A stretch of DNA of 64,000 nucleotides. It comes from a virus (taxonomy: Duplodnaviria > Heunggongvirae > Uroviricota > Caudoviricetes). How positions within the stretch are numbered: the stretch's first letter is position 1; every line of letters begins with the position of its first letter. The notes beneath the pieces are model-generated. The model did no database searches. It was not told where the DNA came from and saw nothing but the letters and a program-made list of their open reading frames with translations. The stretch lies in the IMG/VR virus record IMGVR_UViG_2541047802_000007, one strand, 5' to 3'. The position numbers and the translations under genes are program-made. Positions 53,501 through 63,060 of this stretch are shown in pieces.

Positions 53501-53595
53501 CGCGGGAGGTGGCACGCCAGCTTGATGAACGTGAACGCAGGCTGAAGGCAAAAGCCAGGAGTAACTACAGCGATCAGGGGGGATACGACGCATGA
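50518..53595 (+). CDS. T: Tail tape measure protein T
   Basis: 1025 aa, Ala/Leu-rich repeats. Confidence 0.85.
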   Translation: MSDNNLRLQVILNAVDKLTRPFRSAQASSRELAAAVKKSRDAIKQLDQAGSSLDSFRKLQAENQKLGDRLNYARQRANLLSQELGAMGPPSQRQVVALGRQRLAVQRLEERQKKLQRQTALVRAELYRAGISAKDDAGATARLARETSRYNQELSKQEARLKRLGEAQRRMNAARASYARSLEVRDRIAGAGATTTAAGLAMGAPVMAAVKSYTSMEDAMKGVAKQVSGLRDDNGNRTARFYEMQDAIKAASEQLPMENGAVDFAALVEGGARMNVANPDDSWEDQKRDLLAFASTAAKAATAFELPADELSESLGKIAQLYKIPTRNIEQLGDALNYLDDNAMSKGADIIDVMQRLGGVADRLDYRKAAALGSTFLTLGAAPEVAASAANAMVRELSIATMQSKSFFEGMNLLKLNPEVIEKQMTKDAMGTIQRVLEKVNALPQDKRLSAMTMLFGKEFGDDAAKLANNLPELQRQLKLTAGNDALGSMQKESDINKDSLSAQWLLVKTGAQNTFSSLGETLRQPLMDILYTVKSVTGALRRWVEANPELTGTLMKASAVVAAVTVGLGTLAVALAAVLGPLAVIRLGFSVLGIKTLSSVTAAVTRTSSALSWLAGAPLALLRRGLASSGNAAGLLTAPLSSLRRTASLTGNVLKTVAGAPVALLRSGLSGLRAVAVMFMNPLAVLRGGLAAAGTVLRVLASGPLAMLRVALYAISGLLGALLSPIGLVVTALAGVALVVWKYWQPITAFLGGVVEGFKAAAGPISAAFEPLKPVFQWIGDKVQALWGWFTDLLTPVKSTSAELQSAAAMGRRFGEALAEGLNMVMHPLDSLKSGVSWLLEKLGIVSKEAAKAKLPESVTRQQPATVNADGKVMMPSGGFPSWGYGFAGMYDSGGYIPRGQFGIVGENGPEIVNGPANVTSRRNTAALAAVVAGMMGVAAAPAELPPLHPLALPAKGGEAIVSRAATVPLVQRIEAPTQIIIQTQPGQSAQDIAREVARQLDERERRLKAKARSNYSDQGGYDA

Positions 53596-54077
53596 TGATG
53601 GTGCTGGGATTGTACGTGTTTATGCTGCGCACCGTTCCGTATCAGGAACTGCAGTATCAACGCAGCTGGCGACATGCGGCAAACAGTCGGGTAAACCGAC
53701 GTCCGTCCACGCAGTTTCTGGGACCGGAAAACGACATGCTGACGCTTTCCGGTGTTCTTATGCCGGAAATAACAGGCGGCAGGCTGTCGTTGCTGGCACT
53801 GGAGCAGATGGCAGAACAGGGGAAAGCATGGCCCCTGATTGAAGGCAGCGGCACGATTTACGGCATGTATGTGATTGAGGGACTGAATCAGACTAAAACG
53901 GAGTTTTTCCGCGACGGTATGCCGCGCCGGATTGAGTTCACCCTGTCGCTCAAACGAGTGGATGAATCCCTGTCCGATATGTTCGGTGATCTCAGTGCGC
54001 AACTGAATAATCTGCAGGACACGGCAACGTCTGCCTTAAGCGATATCAGTAAAACGGTGGGAGGGCTGCTGTCGTGA
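53592..54077 (+). CDS. U: Tail protein U
   Basis: 161 aa. Confidence 0.7.
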   Translation: MMMVLGLYVFMLRTVPYQELQYQRSWRHAANSRVNRRPSTQFLGPENDMLTLSGVLMPEITGGRLSLLALEQMAEQGKAWPLIEGSGTIYGMYVIEGLNQTKTEFFRDGMPRRIEFTLSLKRVDESLSDMFGDLSAQLNNLQDTATSALSDISKTVGGLLS

Positions 54078-55174
54078 ATTTCAGCTCTGAACTGCTTAAC
54101 AAAGGCAACAAAACTCCCGCATTCAGCATCAGTATTGAGGGCAGGGATATCACCACTGTGCTGGATAACCGCCTGATGAGTTTGACGCTGACGGATAACC
54201 GGGGCTTTGAAGCGGACCAGCTTGATCTGGAGCTGGATGACGCTGACGGAAAAATCGTGCTGCCGCGCCGTGGTGCGGTTATTACGCTGGCGCTGGGCTG
54301 GAAGGGGCAGCCGCTTTTCCCGAAAGGGGCATTCACAGTGGACGAGATTGAACACACTGGCGCACCGGACCGCCTGACTATCCGGGCGCGAAGTGCTGAT
54401 TTTCGGGAAACGCTGAATACCCGCCGTGAAAAATCGTGGCATAAGACCACCGTCGGGGAAGTGGTGAAGGAAATAGCCGCGCGGCACAAGCTGAAGATGG
54501 CACTGGGTAAAGACCTGTCGGATAAGCCCGTGGAGCATATAGACCAGACTAATGAGAGTGACGGCAGTTTTCTGATGCGGCTGGCGCGACAGTACGGTGC
54601 CATCGCGTCGGTGAAAAATGGCAATCTGTTATTCATCCGGCAGGGGCAGGGCAAAAGCGCCACTGGTAAACCTCTGCCAGTGATCACTATCACACGCAAG
54701 GACGGCGACAGTCACCGATTTACCCTGGCAGATCGCGGAGCCTACACGGGCGTAATTGCCAGCTGGTTGCATACCCGCGAACCTGCGAAGAAAGAAAGCA
54801 CCACGGTGAAGCGTAAGCGCAGAACTAAGAAGCAGAAGAAAGAGCCGGAAGCGAAGCAGGGCGATTACCTGGTGGGTACGGATGAAAACGTGCTGGTACT
54901 TAATCGCACTTATGCCAACCGGAGCAACGCTGAACGGGCAGCGAAAATGCAGTGGGAACGCCTGCAACGCGGCGTTGCGTCATTCTCGCTACAACTGGCG
55001 GAAGGGCGGGCAGATCTTTACACGGAAATGCCAGTGAAAGTTAGTGGCTTTAAACAACCGATAGATGATGCGGAATGGACCATTACGACTCTGACTCATA
55101 CCGTCAGCCCGGATAATGGTTTTACGACCAGTATTGAACTCGAAGTGAAGATTGATGATCTTGAAATGGAATAA
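54074..55174 (+). CDS. D: Tail protein D
   Basis: 366 aa, last tail gene. Confidence 0.75.
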   Translation: MNFSSELLNKGNKTPAFSISIEGRDITTVLDNRLMSLTLTDNRGFEADQLDLELDDADGKIVLPRRGAVITLALGWKGQPLFPKGAFTVDEIEHTGAPDRLTIRARSADFRETLNTRREKSWHKTTVGEVVKEIAARHKLKMALGKDLSDKPVEHIDQTNESDGSFLMRLARQYGAIASVKNGNLLFIRQGQGKSATGKPLPVITITRKDGDSHRFTLADRGAYTGVIASWLHTREPAKKESTTVKRKRRTKKQKKEPEAKQGDYLVGTDENVLVLNRTYANRSNAERAAKMQWERLQRGVASFSLQLAEGRADLYTEMPVKVSGFKQPIDDAEWTITTLTHTVSPDNGFTTSIELEVKIDDLEME

Positions 55175-55242
55175 AGTGTTCTCAATATTGATATTTTGTG
55201 TATCATTACAATGATTCTGATAGCAAAGGTAGGGATCTGGAT

Positions 55243-55329
55243 ATGATGAATTGTCCAAAGTGTGGTCATGCGGCACACACAAGGAGCAGTTTTCAAGTAA
55301 CTGAAAGCACCAAAGAGCGTTACTGCCAG
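55243..55329 (+). pseudogene. ogr: Ogr/B-type zinc-finger late activator, truncated after codon 29 by Mu-like insertion
   Basis: MMNCPKCGHAAHTRSSFQVTESTKERYCQ then stop supplied by first bases of inserted element. Confidence 0.7.
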
Positions 55330-55410
55330 TGAAGCGGCGCACGAAAAGCGCGAAAGCGTTTCAAATAAAATACGAAAACTCAAAACTTTCGCGCTTCAAT
55401 TGAGACAGTT
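55330..55410. promoter_or_regulatory. Mu-type right end with transposase-binding repeats
   Basis: tgaagcggcgcacgaaaagcgcgaaagcgtttcaaataaaatacgaaaac closely resembles the Mu R-end as recalled. Confidence 0.75.
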
Positions 55411-55422
55411 GTTTTATGTATG

Positions 55423-55869
55423 TCAGTTTCGTTTACATTTATATGTCTTAAAAATATTCACATCATCTCGGATATAAAGATTTTTTCCTGATTTATCAAC
55501 GATAAAATACTTTATAACCGCAGGATTTCTAGTCAAAGCATAGAGATAATCAGTCCCTTTAATCTTTTCATCCTTGTCTTGTTCGTCAATTTGGCCTGTT
55601 TCTATCTGAGTGTATAGTTCACCTGTATCAAGGTCTGTCCATGACCCCATATCAACGCCCATATGCATACGAATACCGTGGCAGGTCCAAAAACCAGAGG
55701 CAGGGGCTTTATTTGCAACACTCTTATCTGGATCTATCCCGGCGGACCTTAAGACTGCATCAGCAGCCACTTCAGGATCAAAATCTTTTTCTTGAGCGTG
55801 ATTGACTGAGGAGGCGGTTAGTACGAATAGGCTGATGATGGTACTGATTAGCAATTTTGATTTTTTCAT
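55423..55869 (-). CDS. Secreted hypothetical protein (signal peptide), AT-rich
   Basis: MKKSKLLISTIISLFVLTASSVNHA signal-like N-terminus; between mom and element end. Confidence 0.5.
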   Translation of the reverse strand: MKKSKLLISTIISLFVLTASSVNHAQEKDFDPEVAADAVLRSAGIDPDKSVANKAPASGFWTCHGIRMHMGVDMGSWTDLDTGELYTQIETGQIDEQDKDEKIKGTDYLYALTRNPAVIKYFIVDKSGKNLYIRDDVNIFKTYKCKRN

Positions 55870-55913
55870 CTAATATGCTCCGTATGTGAGTAAATACATA
55901 AATTTATATGATA

Positions 55914-56651
55914 CTAATCAGAACTGCTTTTTGGGTATGGCTGAATCCTGAATAGTTTGGTATTTAGCCGCTTTCTTGCTCGCTTGTTCAGGAACCTGAT
56001 GTAGCGATACTGATTAAATTTGTGCACCACGGCACGCTCTTTATTAGCCCGTAAATACATGCCTCGTTGTCCACCGCGCTTAATTGCGTTCATCGTTATC
56101 TCGTGATACCACTCACCATCCAGCTCGTAGAACGTGCTTTCATGGCTGCCAATAAAATCAAAATTTGACGCCTGATACACAACGCCAGCACGTCCGCAGC
56201 GTTCGTCTGCAAAAGACTGAACCCACTCCACTGACGGATACAGTAACCTTATGGTTTTCAGTGCATAACTGATGGCCCGTGATTCAGAGTTGCGGGGCAT
56301 GTCGTCGTGTAGCCACATGCGGTTCAACTCCATATAGCCCCGGTTATCCGTTTCAAGCACGACACGACGACCAGAGTTGGGGTTAAGGGCATATCCCCAC
56401 TGGAGAACGCCAACCAGATCGCGTCCGCTGAATACTCCCAAGTGGAGGTAAGAGTTATTCACAAAACGGCGGGAATAGTGCTTTGTCTGAATAATTGTGC
56501 GGGCCAGCCAGCAGGATATGGTTTCAACGCGCAGCTCCTTTGAACCATAGCCAACAATCTGGCTTTCATACTCAATAACGCACGGTTTCGTCAGAATGCG
56601 TGATTTCTTCTCTTTTCCCACAATGTTTCTCCGTGGGATGCTCGCAGGCAT
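55914..56651 (-). CDS. mom: Mom-like DNA modification protein (start uncertain)
   Basis: 245 aa ORF overlapping com 3' end, downstream of gin-com. Confidence 0.55.
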   Translation of the reverse strand: MPASIPRRNIVGKEKKSRILTKPCVIEYESQIVGYGSKELRVETISCWLARTIIQTKHYSRRFVNNSYLHLGVFSGRDLVGVLQWGYALNPNSGRRVVLETDNRGYMELNRMWLHDDMPRNSESRAISYALKTIRLLYPSVEWVQSFADERCGRAGVVYQASNFDFIGSHESTFYELDGEWYHEITMNAIKRGGQRGMYLRANKERAVVHKFNQYRYIRFLNKRARKRLNTKLFRIQPYPKSSSD

Positions 56652-56760
56652 TCAGCATTATGATATGACGTTTGCAACGCGGACACCTGATTTCAATGTG
56701 ATCAAAGGAATCCGCCTTAAATAACAGTTTGTTGCAGTTTTTACAGCGAATTGATTTCAT
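56572..56760 (-). CDS. com: Com zinc-finger translational activator of mom
   Basis: 62 aa [14 protein letters not shown]...RCPRCKRH four-Cys finger. Confidence 0.7.
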   Translation of the reverse strand: MKSIRCKNCNKLLFKADSFDHIEIRCPRCKRHIIMLNACEHPTEKHCGKREEITHSDETVRY

Positions 56761-56818
56761 CTCACCTCCTTTGCATCAATTCGCCACTATCTTAAAAAAC
56801 ATCGTGGGTTGAGTGTGG

Positions 56819-57436
56819 TTATTGGGGCATAATCGATCTGTATTGCCGATCGATTTGATTGATTCGATCGTCGTTTTCTATATGCGTTCGTTTCGCGGGG
56901 TGTTTTTTATACAGAGTTGACAGAGCCACATCATAGATCAATGCAACCTGCTTGCGGGGGATTCCTTGTACTAATAAACGCCCGGCCTGCTCCCATTCCG
57001 CTTTGGTTAGTTTAGGTGGTCGCCCACCAATACGGCCTTTATTTCTGGCGGCAGCAAGTCCAGCCATCGTTCGCTCGATGATTAGTTCTCGTTCCATTTC
57101 AGCCAGGGCACCCATAACGTGGAAGAAAAAACGCCCCATTGGAGAAGATGTGTCTATGCTGTCGGTAAGACTGCGAAAATTAATCCCTCGCTCCCGTAGT
57201 TCCCCGACGAGGGAAATCAGATGTTTCATGCTTCGCCCGAGGCGATCCAGTTTCCAGACAACCAGTGTGTCACCTTTTTGAAGGCGCTTTAACGCGCGTT
57301 TTAATCCAGGTCTGTCTGTCCTTGTTCCGCTTAATTTATCTTCAAATATTTGTTCACATCCTGCACAAACAAGAGCGTTTCGTTGCAGGTCTGTATTCTG
57401 GTCATTTGTTGATACCCTTACATAGCCAATCAGCAC
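56819..57436 (-). CDS. gin: Gin/Pin-family serine DNA invertase, intact
   Basis: 205 aa; catalytic Ser in YVRVSTNDQ; C-terminal HTH. Confidence 0.85.
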   Translation of the reverse strand: MLIGYVRVSTNDQNTDLQRNALVCAGCEQIFEDKLSGTRTDRPGLKRALKRLQKGDTLVVWKLDRLGRSMKHLISLVGELRERGINFRSLTDSIDTSSPMGRFFFHVMGALAEMERELIIERTMAGLAAARNKGRIGGRPPKLTKAEWEQAGRLLVQGIPRKQVALIYDVALSTLYKKHPAKRTHIENDDRINQIDRQYRSIMPQ

Positions 57437-57490
57437 TCTGGATCTCCCGTTTAAAAGCGCAAATCACGCCATGCAGGCCGGAAACAACCA

Positions 57491-57516
57491 TTATCTAAAA
57501 CCTCGGTTTACAGGAA
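57491..57516. other. gix crossover site (invertase-proximal)
   Basis: ttatctaaaacctcggtttacaggaa, inverted repeat of 60486..60511. Confidence 0.75.
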
Positions 57517-58377
57517 ACGGTAAACAGGGCTGGTAACGCCGTGCAAAAAAATGGCGATACCTTGTCCGGTGGGCTTACTTTTGAAAATGACTCAATCCTT
57601 GCCTGGATTCGAAATACTGACTGGGCGAAGATTGGATTTAAAAATGATGCCGATGGTGACACTGATTCATACATGTGGTTTGAAACAGGCGACAACGGCA
57701 ATGAATATTTCAAATGGAGAAGCCGCCAGAGCACCACAACAAAAGACCTGATGACGCTGAAATGGGATGCACTAAATATTCTGGTAAATGCCGTCATTAA
57801 TGGCAGTCTTGGAGTTGGTACGACGAATGCGTTAGGTGGTAGCTCTATTGTTCTTGGTGATAATGACACCGGATTTAAACAGAATGGAGACGGCATTCTG
57901 GATGTTTATGCTAATAGTCAGCGTGTATTCCGCTTTCAGAATGGAGTGGCTATTGCTTTTAAAAATATTCAGGCTGGGGATGGTAAAAAATTCACGCTAT
58001 CCAGCTCCAACAACTCCACGAAGAACGTAGGGTTTAATTTATGGGGCGCTTCGTCAAGGCCAACTGTTGCAGAGCTTGGCGATGATTCTGGCTGGCATTT
58101 CTATAGTCAGCGAAATACAGATAACTCAGTAATATTTGCTGTTAACGGTCAGATACAACCCAGCAACTGGGGGAATTTTGATTCCCGCTATGTGAAAGAT
58201 GTTCGCCTAGGTACGCGTGTTGTTCAATTGATGGCGCGTGGTGGTCGTTATGAAAAAGCCGGACACGCAATTACCGGATTAAGAATCATTGGTGAAGTAG
58301 ATGGCGATGATGAAGCCATCTTCAGACCAATACAAAAATACATCAATGGCACATGGTATAACGTCGCACAGGTGTAA
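57517..58377 (+). CDS. Alternative tail-fibre variable segment S'v (silent in this orientation)
   Basis: Frame opens at crossover site and would fuse to Sc after inversion. Confidence 0.65.
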   Translation, partial: TVNRAGNAVQKNGDTLSGGLTFENDSILAWIRNTDWAKIGFKNDADGDTDSYMWFETGDNGNEYFKWRSRQSTTTKDLMTLKWDALNILVNAVINGSLGVGTTNALGGSSIVLGDNDTGFKQNGDGILDVYANSQRVFRFQNGVAIAFKNIQAGDGKKFTLSSSNNSTKNVGFNLWGASSRPTVAELGDDSGWHFYSQRNTDNSVIFAVNGQIQPSNWGNFDSRYVKDVRLGTRVVQLMARGGRYEKAGHAITGLRIIGEVDGDDEAIFRPIQKYINGTWYNVAQV

Positions 58378-58380
58378 ATT

Positions 58381-58914
58381 ATGCAGCATTTAAAAAATAT
58401 TAAGTCAGGAAATCCAAAAACAAAAGAGCAATATCAGCTAACAAAGAATTTTGATGTTATCTGGTTATATACAGAAGACGGTAAAAACTGGTATGAGGAA
58501 GTAAATAACTTTCAGGAAGACACCATAAAGATTGTTTACGACGAAAATAATATTATTGTTGCCATAACCAAAGATGCCTCCACACTTAACCCTGAAGGTT
58601 ATAGCGTCGTTGAGATTCCTGATATTACCGCCAACCGGCGTGCTGACGACTCAGGTAAATGGATGTTTAAAGATGGCGCAGTCATTAAACGTGTATATAC
58701 CGAAGAAGAGTTGCGCCTACAGACGGAAAACCAGAAAAAAATATTATTACAGCAGGCCAGAGAAAAAACGCAGTTCTGGCAAACACAGCTTGCGCTGGGA
58801 ATTATCAGCGATTCAGACAGGCAAAGACTCATTAACTGGATGTTATACATGCAGCAGGTTGATGCCACAGATACCTCTGTTCTTCCTGTAACATTCCCGG
58901 AACAACCAGAATGA
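58381..58914 (+). CDS. Tail fibre assembly protein U'
   Basis: 177 aa. Confidence 0.7.
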   Translation: MQHLKNIKSGNPKTKEQYQLTKNFDVIWLYTEDGKNWYEEVNNFQEDTIKIVYDENNIIVAITKDASTLNPEGYSVVEIPDITANRRADDSGKWMFKDGAVIKRVYTEEELRLQTENQKKILLQQAREKTQFWQTQLALGIISDSDRQRLINWMLYMQQVDATDTSVLPVTFPEQPE

Positions 58915-58942
58915 GACAAGGCCCGCTATCGGGCCTTAATTT

Positions 58943-59470
58943 TTATTCAGGCTTTTGTGGCCATTCAGGCTTTGCCGTATCTACACGGCTGACCAGAACG
59001 CTGTAGCGTTCCCATGATTCCAGCCGTGTGCGTTCCTTGTCTGTTGCCATATTCAGCCTTACAGCACGTTCCAGCGGTTGAATCACAGACTCCGCTTCAG
59101 AAAGCAAAGCGGCTTTTTGTAACTCAGCCTGCTGCTGCAGTTCCTGTTCTGTATATTCCCGTTTTACCACTTTACCATTCAGAAACATCCAGTTTCCGTA
59201 ATTATCTGCGCGACGATTTGCCGTAATATCGGATACTTCAACAACACTTAAACCTTCCGGGTTAATAGTTGAAACATCTTTGCTTACGGTAACAATCACA
59301 TTATTTTTATCGTATGCAATTTTTATAGTATCTGGTTGAAAGTTTTTTTGTTCTTCGTACCAGTTTTTACCATCTTCAGTATAAAGCCAGACAACTCCAG
59401 CTTTTTTGGTTAACTGGTATTGTTCTGGTGTTTTTGGGTTTCCTGCTTTAATGTTTTTTAAATGCATCAT
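58943..59470 (-). CDS. U: Tail fibre assembly protein U
   Basis: 175 aa. Confidence 0.7.
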   Translation of the reverse strand: MMHLKNIKAGNPKTPEQYQLTKKAGVVWLYTEDGKNWYEEQKNFQPDTIKIAYDKNNVIVTVSKDVSTINPEGLSVVEVSDITANRRADNYGNWMFLNGKVVKREYTEQELQQQAELQKAALLSEAESVIQPLERAVRLNMATDKERTRLESWERYSVLVSRVDTAKPEWPQKPE

Positions 59471-59471
59471 G

Positions 59472-61007
59472 TCAAATACTCACAACGTTATAATATGTCC
59501 CACCAATCAACTTCTGAATAGGTCTTCTGGTTAATGTATCAATAAACTCATCGGTGTTGCTGTTTCCGGCTGCGGTCAGAACATATCCAGAAGTATCCCA
59601 ATAACCAGGGCCTCGCCATGCTGATATTGATTCTGCGCTACCAAGTCGAATGTCTCTTACATATGTGCTATTGAGATAATCAGCTAAATTTGAACCCCAA
59701 CACCCGCCAAATATATTTCCATCGGTGTTATAACGGATGCCACCCGCAACAAGAGCACCCGGTGAAATAAAAGATTTATCGTTCGGGTTAAACTGCCATA
59801 AAGCATCATTACCGCCATCGCCACGCATATGAATACATGGAACCGGAAATCCATACTGTTCTGTCAGCAAATAACCAAAGCTGACCGCGCCGGGATAGCC
59901 CTGTCCATTGCGAATGGACAAGCCCTTAACTATCGGCACGTAATGACCACCAGGAGTGGGATTCCAGGCAAACTGCGTCTGAACAAAAGGCGCGGTGGCA
60001 TTATTCAACTGGTCTGCAAATGCGCCACTTCCATCAGGAATTATTCCCTGATGAATATATGCAACCCGCTTATAAAAATCAGCAGATGCGGGTTGAAGCC
60101 CGAATGCCAGTTGTCCATTTGAATAGAATAAAAGGACACCGTCGCCGCCCTGTTTAATACCAGTGTCGTTATCTCCGAGAGTAATGGAATTACCGCCCAG
60201 TGCGTTATCTGTACCAAGCGCCAGCCCACCATCAATTTTGGCCCCGTGGCTGACCGATATAGCTCCTGTTCTCAGATTTATAGCGAATGGCCTTAATGGG
60301 CCGATATCACCGTTTTCGCCTTGTCCTTCAGCCGTAGGGATGAAATGAAGGTACTCTTCTGAACGACGGAAAATAAGACCGAAGGCATCATTAAAAATTC
60401 GCAGCGCATTCATCGTGCCAATTTTCAGTTCTCCGGTCATTTTATCGCCGGAACGCTGAACGGCGTTACCAGCCTTGTTTACCGTTTCCTGTAAACCGAG
60501 GTTTTGGATAAACAGCGGCTTATTGGGAATATCTGCTCCGTTCCGGTCTTTTGCCAGACGGGCATTGGCATTATCCATCGCAATTTTCACCGCTTTTGCA
60601 GTGGCTGCCAGCGTTTCACTGGGGCTGTCAGTGGCACTGGTTAGCTGAACGAGTCCTTTTTTGTTCAGGCTGGCATCATAGATATCCAGATTTTCACGTG
60701 CTGTACGCTGTGCTGATGCCCCGGCAGTTTTAATTTCGCTGAGGTTATTTTTTATCAGCAGCGCGTTATTGCTCATAATGGCTTTAATGGACAGTGCAAG
60801 CTGGTTTAATTTTGTTTTATCCGGTTGAATACCGGCTTCTTCCAGCGTGTTTAATAACTCCGCCTGCACAATATTAAACCAGTCCATGCCGGGCCATGTG
60901 ATAACATTATTCCCGTCACCTTCTGAAAACCAGCGAACGATAGCACTACGCTGGGCGGATACGGGCGGCATGACGGTTACGCCGCTGTCGTTATCAATAT
61001 AAAACAT
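59472..61007 (-). CDS. S: Tail fibre protein S (constant Sc + variable Sv, current orientation)
   Basis: 511 aa; gix site lies in frame (FIQNLGLQE) inside the gene. Confidence 0.8.
   Translation of the reverse strand: MFYIDNDSGVTVMPPVSAQRSAIVRWFSEGDGNNVITWPGMDWFNIVQAELLNTLEEAGIQPDKTKLNQLALSIKAIMSNNALLIKNNLSEIKTAGASAQRTARENLDIYDASLNKKGLVQLTSATDSPSETLAATAKAVKIAMDNANARLAKDRNGADIPNKPLFIQNLGLQETVNKAGNAVQRSGDKMTGELKIGTMNALRIFNDAFGLIFRRSEEYLHFIPTAEGQGENGDIGPLRPFAINLRTGAISVSHGAKIDGGLALGTDNALGGNSITLGDNDTGIKQGGDGVLLFYSNGQLAFGLQPASADFYKRVAYIHQGIIPDGSGAFADQLNNATAPFVQTQFAWNPTPGGHYVPIVKGLSIRNGQGYPGAVSFGYLLTEQYGFPVPCIHMRGDGGNDALWQFNPNDKSFISPGALVAGGIRYNTDGNIFGGCWGSNLADYLNSTYVRDIRLGSAESISAWRGPGYWDTSGYVLTAAGNSNTDEFIDTLTRRPIQKLIGGTYYNVVSI
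60486..60511. other. gix crossover site (inside S)
   Basis: ttcctgtaaaccgaggttttggataa. Confidence 0.75.
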
Positions 61008-61549
61008 TAGTTATCTCCGTCATGGTAAACAAATTTATAAATCTGATGTGCGGGTTTATATTTCTCCAGTAAACATTCCAGCGCACCCGATTCATAAACA
61101 CGTAACGGCGTCAGAACATTATCCAGCACCGTTGCGTTGCGATAATTTTTAATACCGTAAATATTGACCTGCGTAACCCACTGGCCTTCTGTGGAATCCG
61201 TCAGCCTAACGGTAAAACCGTACTGTGCAGCCAGCCATTCATAAAAGCGCCGACTCAGATTGCCGGTCATACGCATTTTATTCGCGGCAGCCCGCTGGCG
61301 TTCGGACAAGGTGCCGTTTTCGCTGGTACAGTCCGGCAACCCCAGAAATGATTCCCACTCCCCCAGATACCAGCGGGATGTGGACGGGAAACGCTCCCGC
61401 AGCATTTGCCGCGCATCATCCGCCGCAGTGGCAATCACGTCGCTGATGGCCTGCGCCAGCGCAGATAATTTGCTGTCGGGGCTTTTATTCCAGGCAAGCC
61501 CTGACGGCAGTAATTGCAGAAAGGCCGTCTGATAGGGTGTTACAGCCAT
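61007..61549 (-). CDS. Tail protein (Mu gp48-like)
   Basis: 180 aa, position between baseplate J-like gene and S. Confidence 0.55.
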   Translation of the reverse strand: MAVTPYQTAFLQLLPSGLAWNKSPDSKLSALAQAISDVIATAADDARQMLRERFPSTSRWYLGEWESFLGLPDCTSENGTLSERQRAAANKMRMTGNLSRRFYEWLAAQYGFTVRLTDSTEGQWVTQVNIYGIKNYRNATVLDNVLTPLRVYESGALECLLEKYKPAHQIYKFVYHDGDN

Positions 61550-62622
61550 TCAATTGTCCCCGGTGTTAACAGTTCCGTATTCTCCGAACGCTGGATCTCT
61601 GTCGGGAAACGCACTTCAAAATCATCCAGACCGGTAACACCTGCCACCGCACGGATAATACGGGAGGGGGCAAGTGCGCCGCCCGGCGTCACCTCATTAA
61701 AAAACATGGTATTAATGGCGTGGGTAATAGCCTGTTTCAGTTCGGCTGTCTTCGGTGATATATAAATCCGTGGATTTACCGGCTTTGCCTTTGGCGCAAA
61801 TACAGTGACATTTACACCGTCAGGCTGTCCGACAATCAGACCGGTGATCGGGTCAGTATGACCGGCGATATAATCCGCCACGCGTTCCACGTCTGCCGGT
61901 TGTGGAAAAATATTGCTCCGGTTATCCATAACAAACGTCACCCCGACTGTGCCACCGCCTTTCCATGTCGGAAAACACCAGGCACGGGTAACGCCGCTGA
62001 CTTCACGTGCCCAGCGAACGTAATCAAACTGATTACCGCCGAACGGAGGGTACTGGACACGATATTCCAGCCGTGACAGCAGTTCCGCTGCACTCTCAAT
62101 ATCAGCTCCACCGGAAAACCCTTTTACAGTGATGGCATCGGAAACAACACAGGCAACCGGGGTGATCAACGTTAAAAGGGTATTCTCACCGGTATTTCCT
62201 GCTTCACCGGCAGCCAGTGCGGTAACGGTAATTTCCGTCGTTCCTGCACGGTCAATCACAATGGCATCAGCCAGGCTGTAAACCACACCATCAGCACGCT
62301 GCCAGCGTGTACCGGCAGGAATGGTGGTCGCTGCCGATGTGGTGACAGTCAGCGGGCCGCTGGCGGCTGTCGCCTGTTTGCGGCGCACGCCCCAGAACCG
62401 GCAGTGCTCCAGCAACTCATCTTCATCTGCTGTCGACGGGATAATCTGCCGTCCAACCCATGAAATATGCTCGTGACAACCGGCAGCAAGCCCTGCCTGG
62501 GCGTAAGCAATGGCACTCAGCGTTTTTTCACGGGCCTGAGGCCAGCTACCCGGCAGGCGCTGTTCAATATTCTGTTCTGTACGGGCAATCAGCGATGATA
62601 ATGTCGGTGGTGAATAAGCCAT
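61540..62622 (-). CDS. Baseplate J-like protein (Mu gp47-like)
   Basis: 360 aa. Confidence 0.65.
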   Translation of the reverse strand: MAYSPPTLSSLIARTEQNIEQRLPGSWPQAREKTLSAIAYAQAGLAAGCHEHISWVGRQIIPSTADEDELLEHCRFWGVRRKQATAASGPLTVTTSAATTIPAGTRWQRADGVVYSLADAIVIDRAGTTEITVTALAAGEAGNTGENTLLTLITPVACVVSDAITVKGFSGGADIESAAELLSRLEYRVQYPPFGGNQFDYVRWAREVSGVTRAWCFPTWKGGGTVGVTFVMDNRSNIFPQPADVERVADYIAGHTDPITGLIVGQPDGVNVTVFAPKAKPVNPRIYISPKTAELKQAITHAINTMFFNEVTPGGALAPSRIIRAVAGVTGLDDFEVRFPTEIQRSENTELLTPGTIEWL

Positions 62623-63060
62623 TTAAACCCCGTTAAATGCTGCTTTAAACTCATAAGGAATAACGGAACCATCCGGTAATGTCAGTGCAATGTAGAGGTA
62701 TAACCAGCCCTGATGTAACTGTTCCGCTCTGACGTTAACCGCACTTACCCGGCCTGCTGTTTTCAGCCATTCCAGCGCCTCTTCGGCATACCCTCTGGCA
62801 CGTTCCAGCGTATCCTGTGTGGCTTTTTCACGTGATAACAGCCACAACCGCGAACCAATGGGGCGGTCGCGGTAACTGTCACCCCACCATCCACGGCGAT
62901 CATCTGAACCATCCGGCAGCGTGTCAGAATCCAGCGCGCGCCGGTCGGTAAACAGGGAGATTGTCACATCGGTTGTCAGGCTGTCGTCGGTCAGCATATC
63001 AATGCCATCCTGTGCAATATCGCCGCGTCCGTTCGTCCAGATAATGGCTAAATCGGTCAT
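62623..63060 (-). CDS. Baseplate protein (Mu gp46-like)
   Basis: 145 aa. Confidence 0.55.
   Translation of the reverse strand: MTDLAIIWTNGRGDIAQDGIDMLTDDSLTTDVTISLFTDRRALDSDTLPDGSDDRRGWWGDSYRDRPIGSRLWLLSREKATQDTLERARGYAEEALEWLKTAGRVSAVNVRAEQLHQGWLYLYIALTLPDGSVIPYEFKAAFNGV

Larger units (their letters stand above)
21998..55329. mobile_element. 186/P2-like prophage integrated at ssrA, interrupted in ogr/B by Mu-like insertion
   Basis: att core, int, cI/apl/cII, dam, A, tum-like, cos-like, then P2-order head, lysis and tail genes. Confidence 0.85.
57491..60511. mobile_element. G-type invertible tail-fibre segment (S'v-U'-U-Sv)
   Basis: Flanked by inverted 26-bp gix sites; two divergent tail-fibre/chaperone sets. 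Confidence 0.8.

Noticed and set aside
53888-54699. Two ~216-aa ORFs on minus strand
   Set aside because: Antisense to gpU and gpD; low-complexity Ser/Arg-rich translations.
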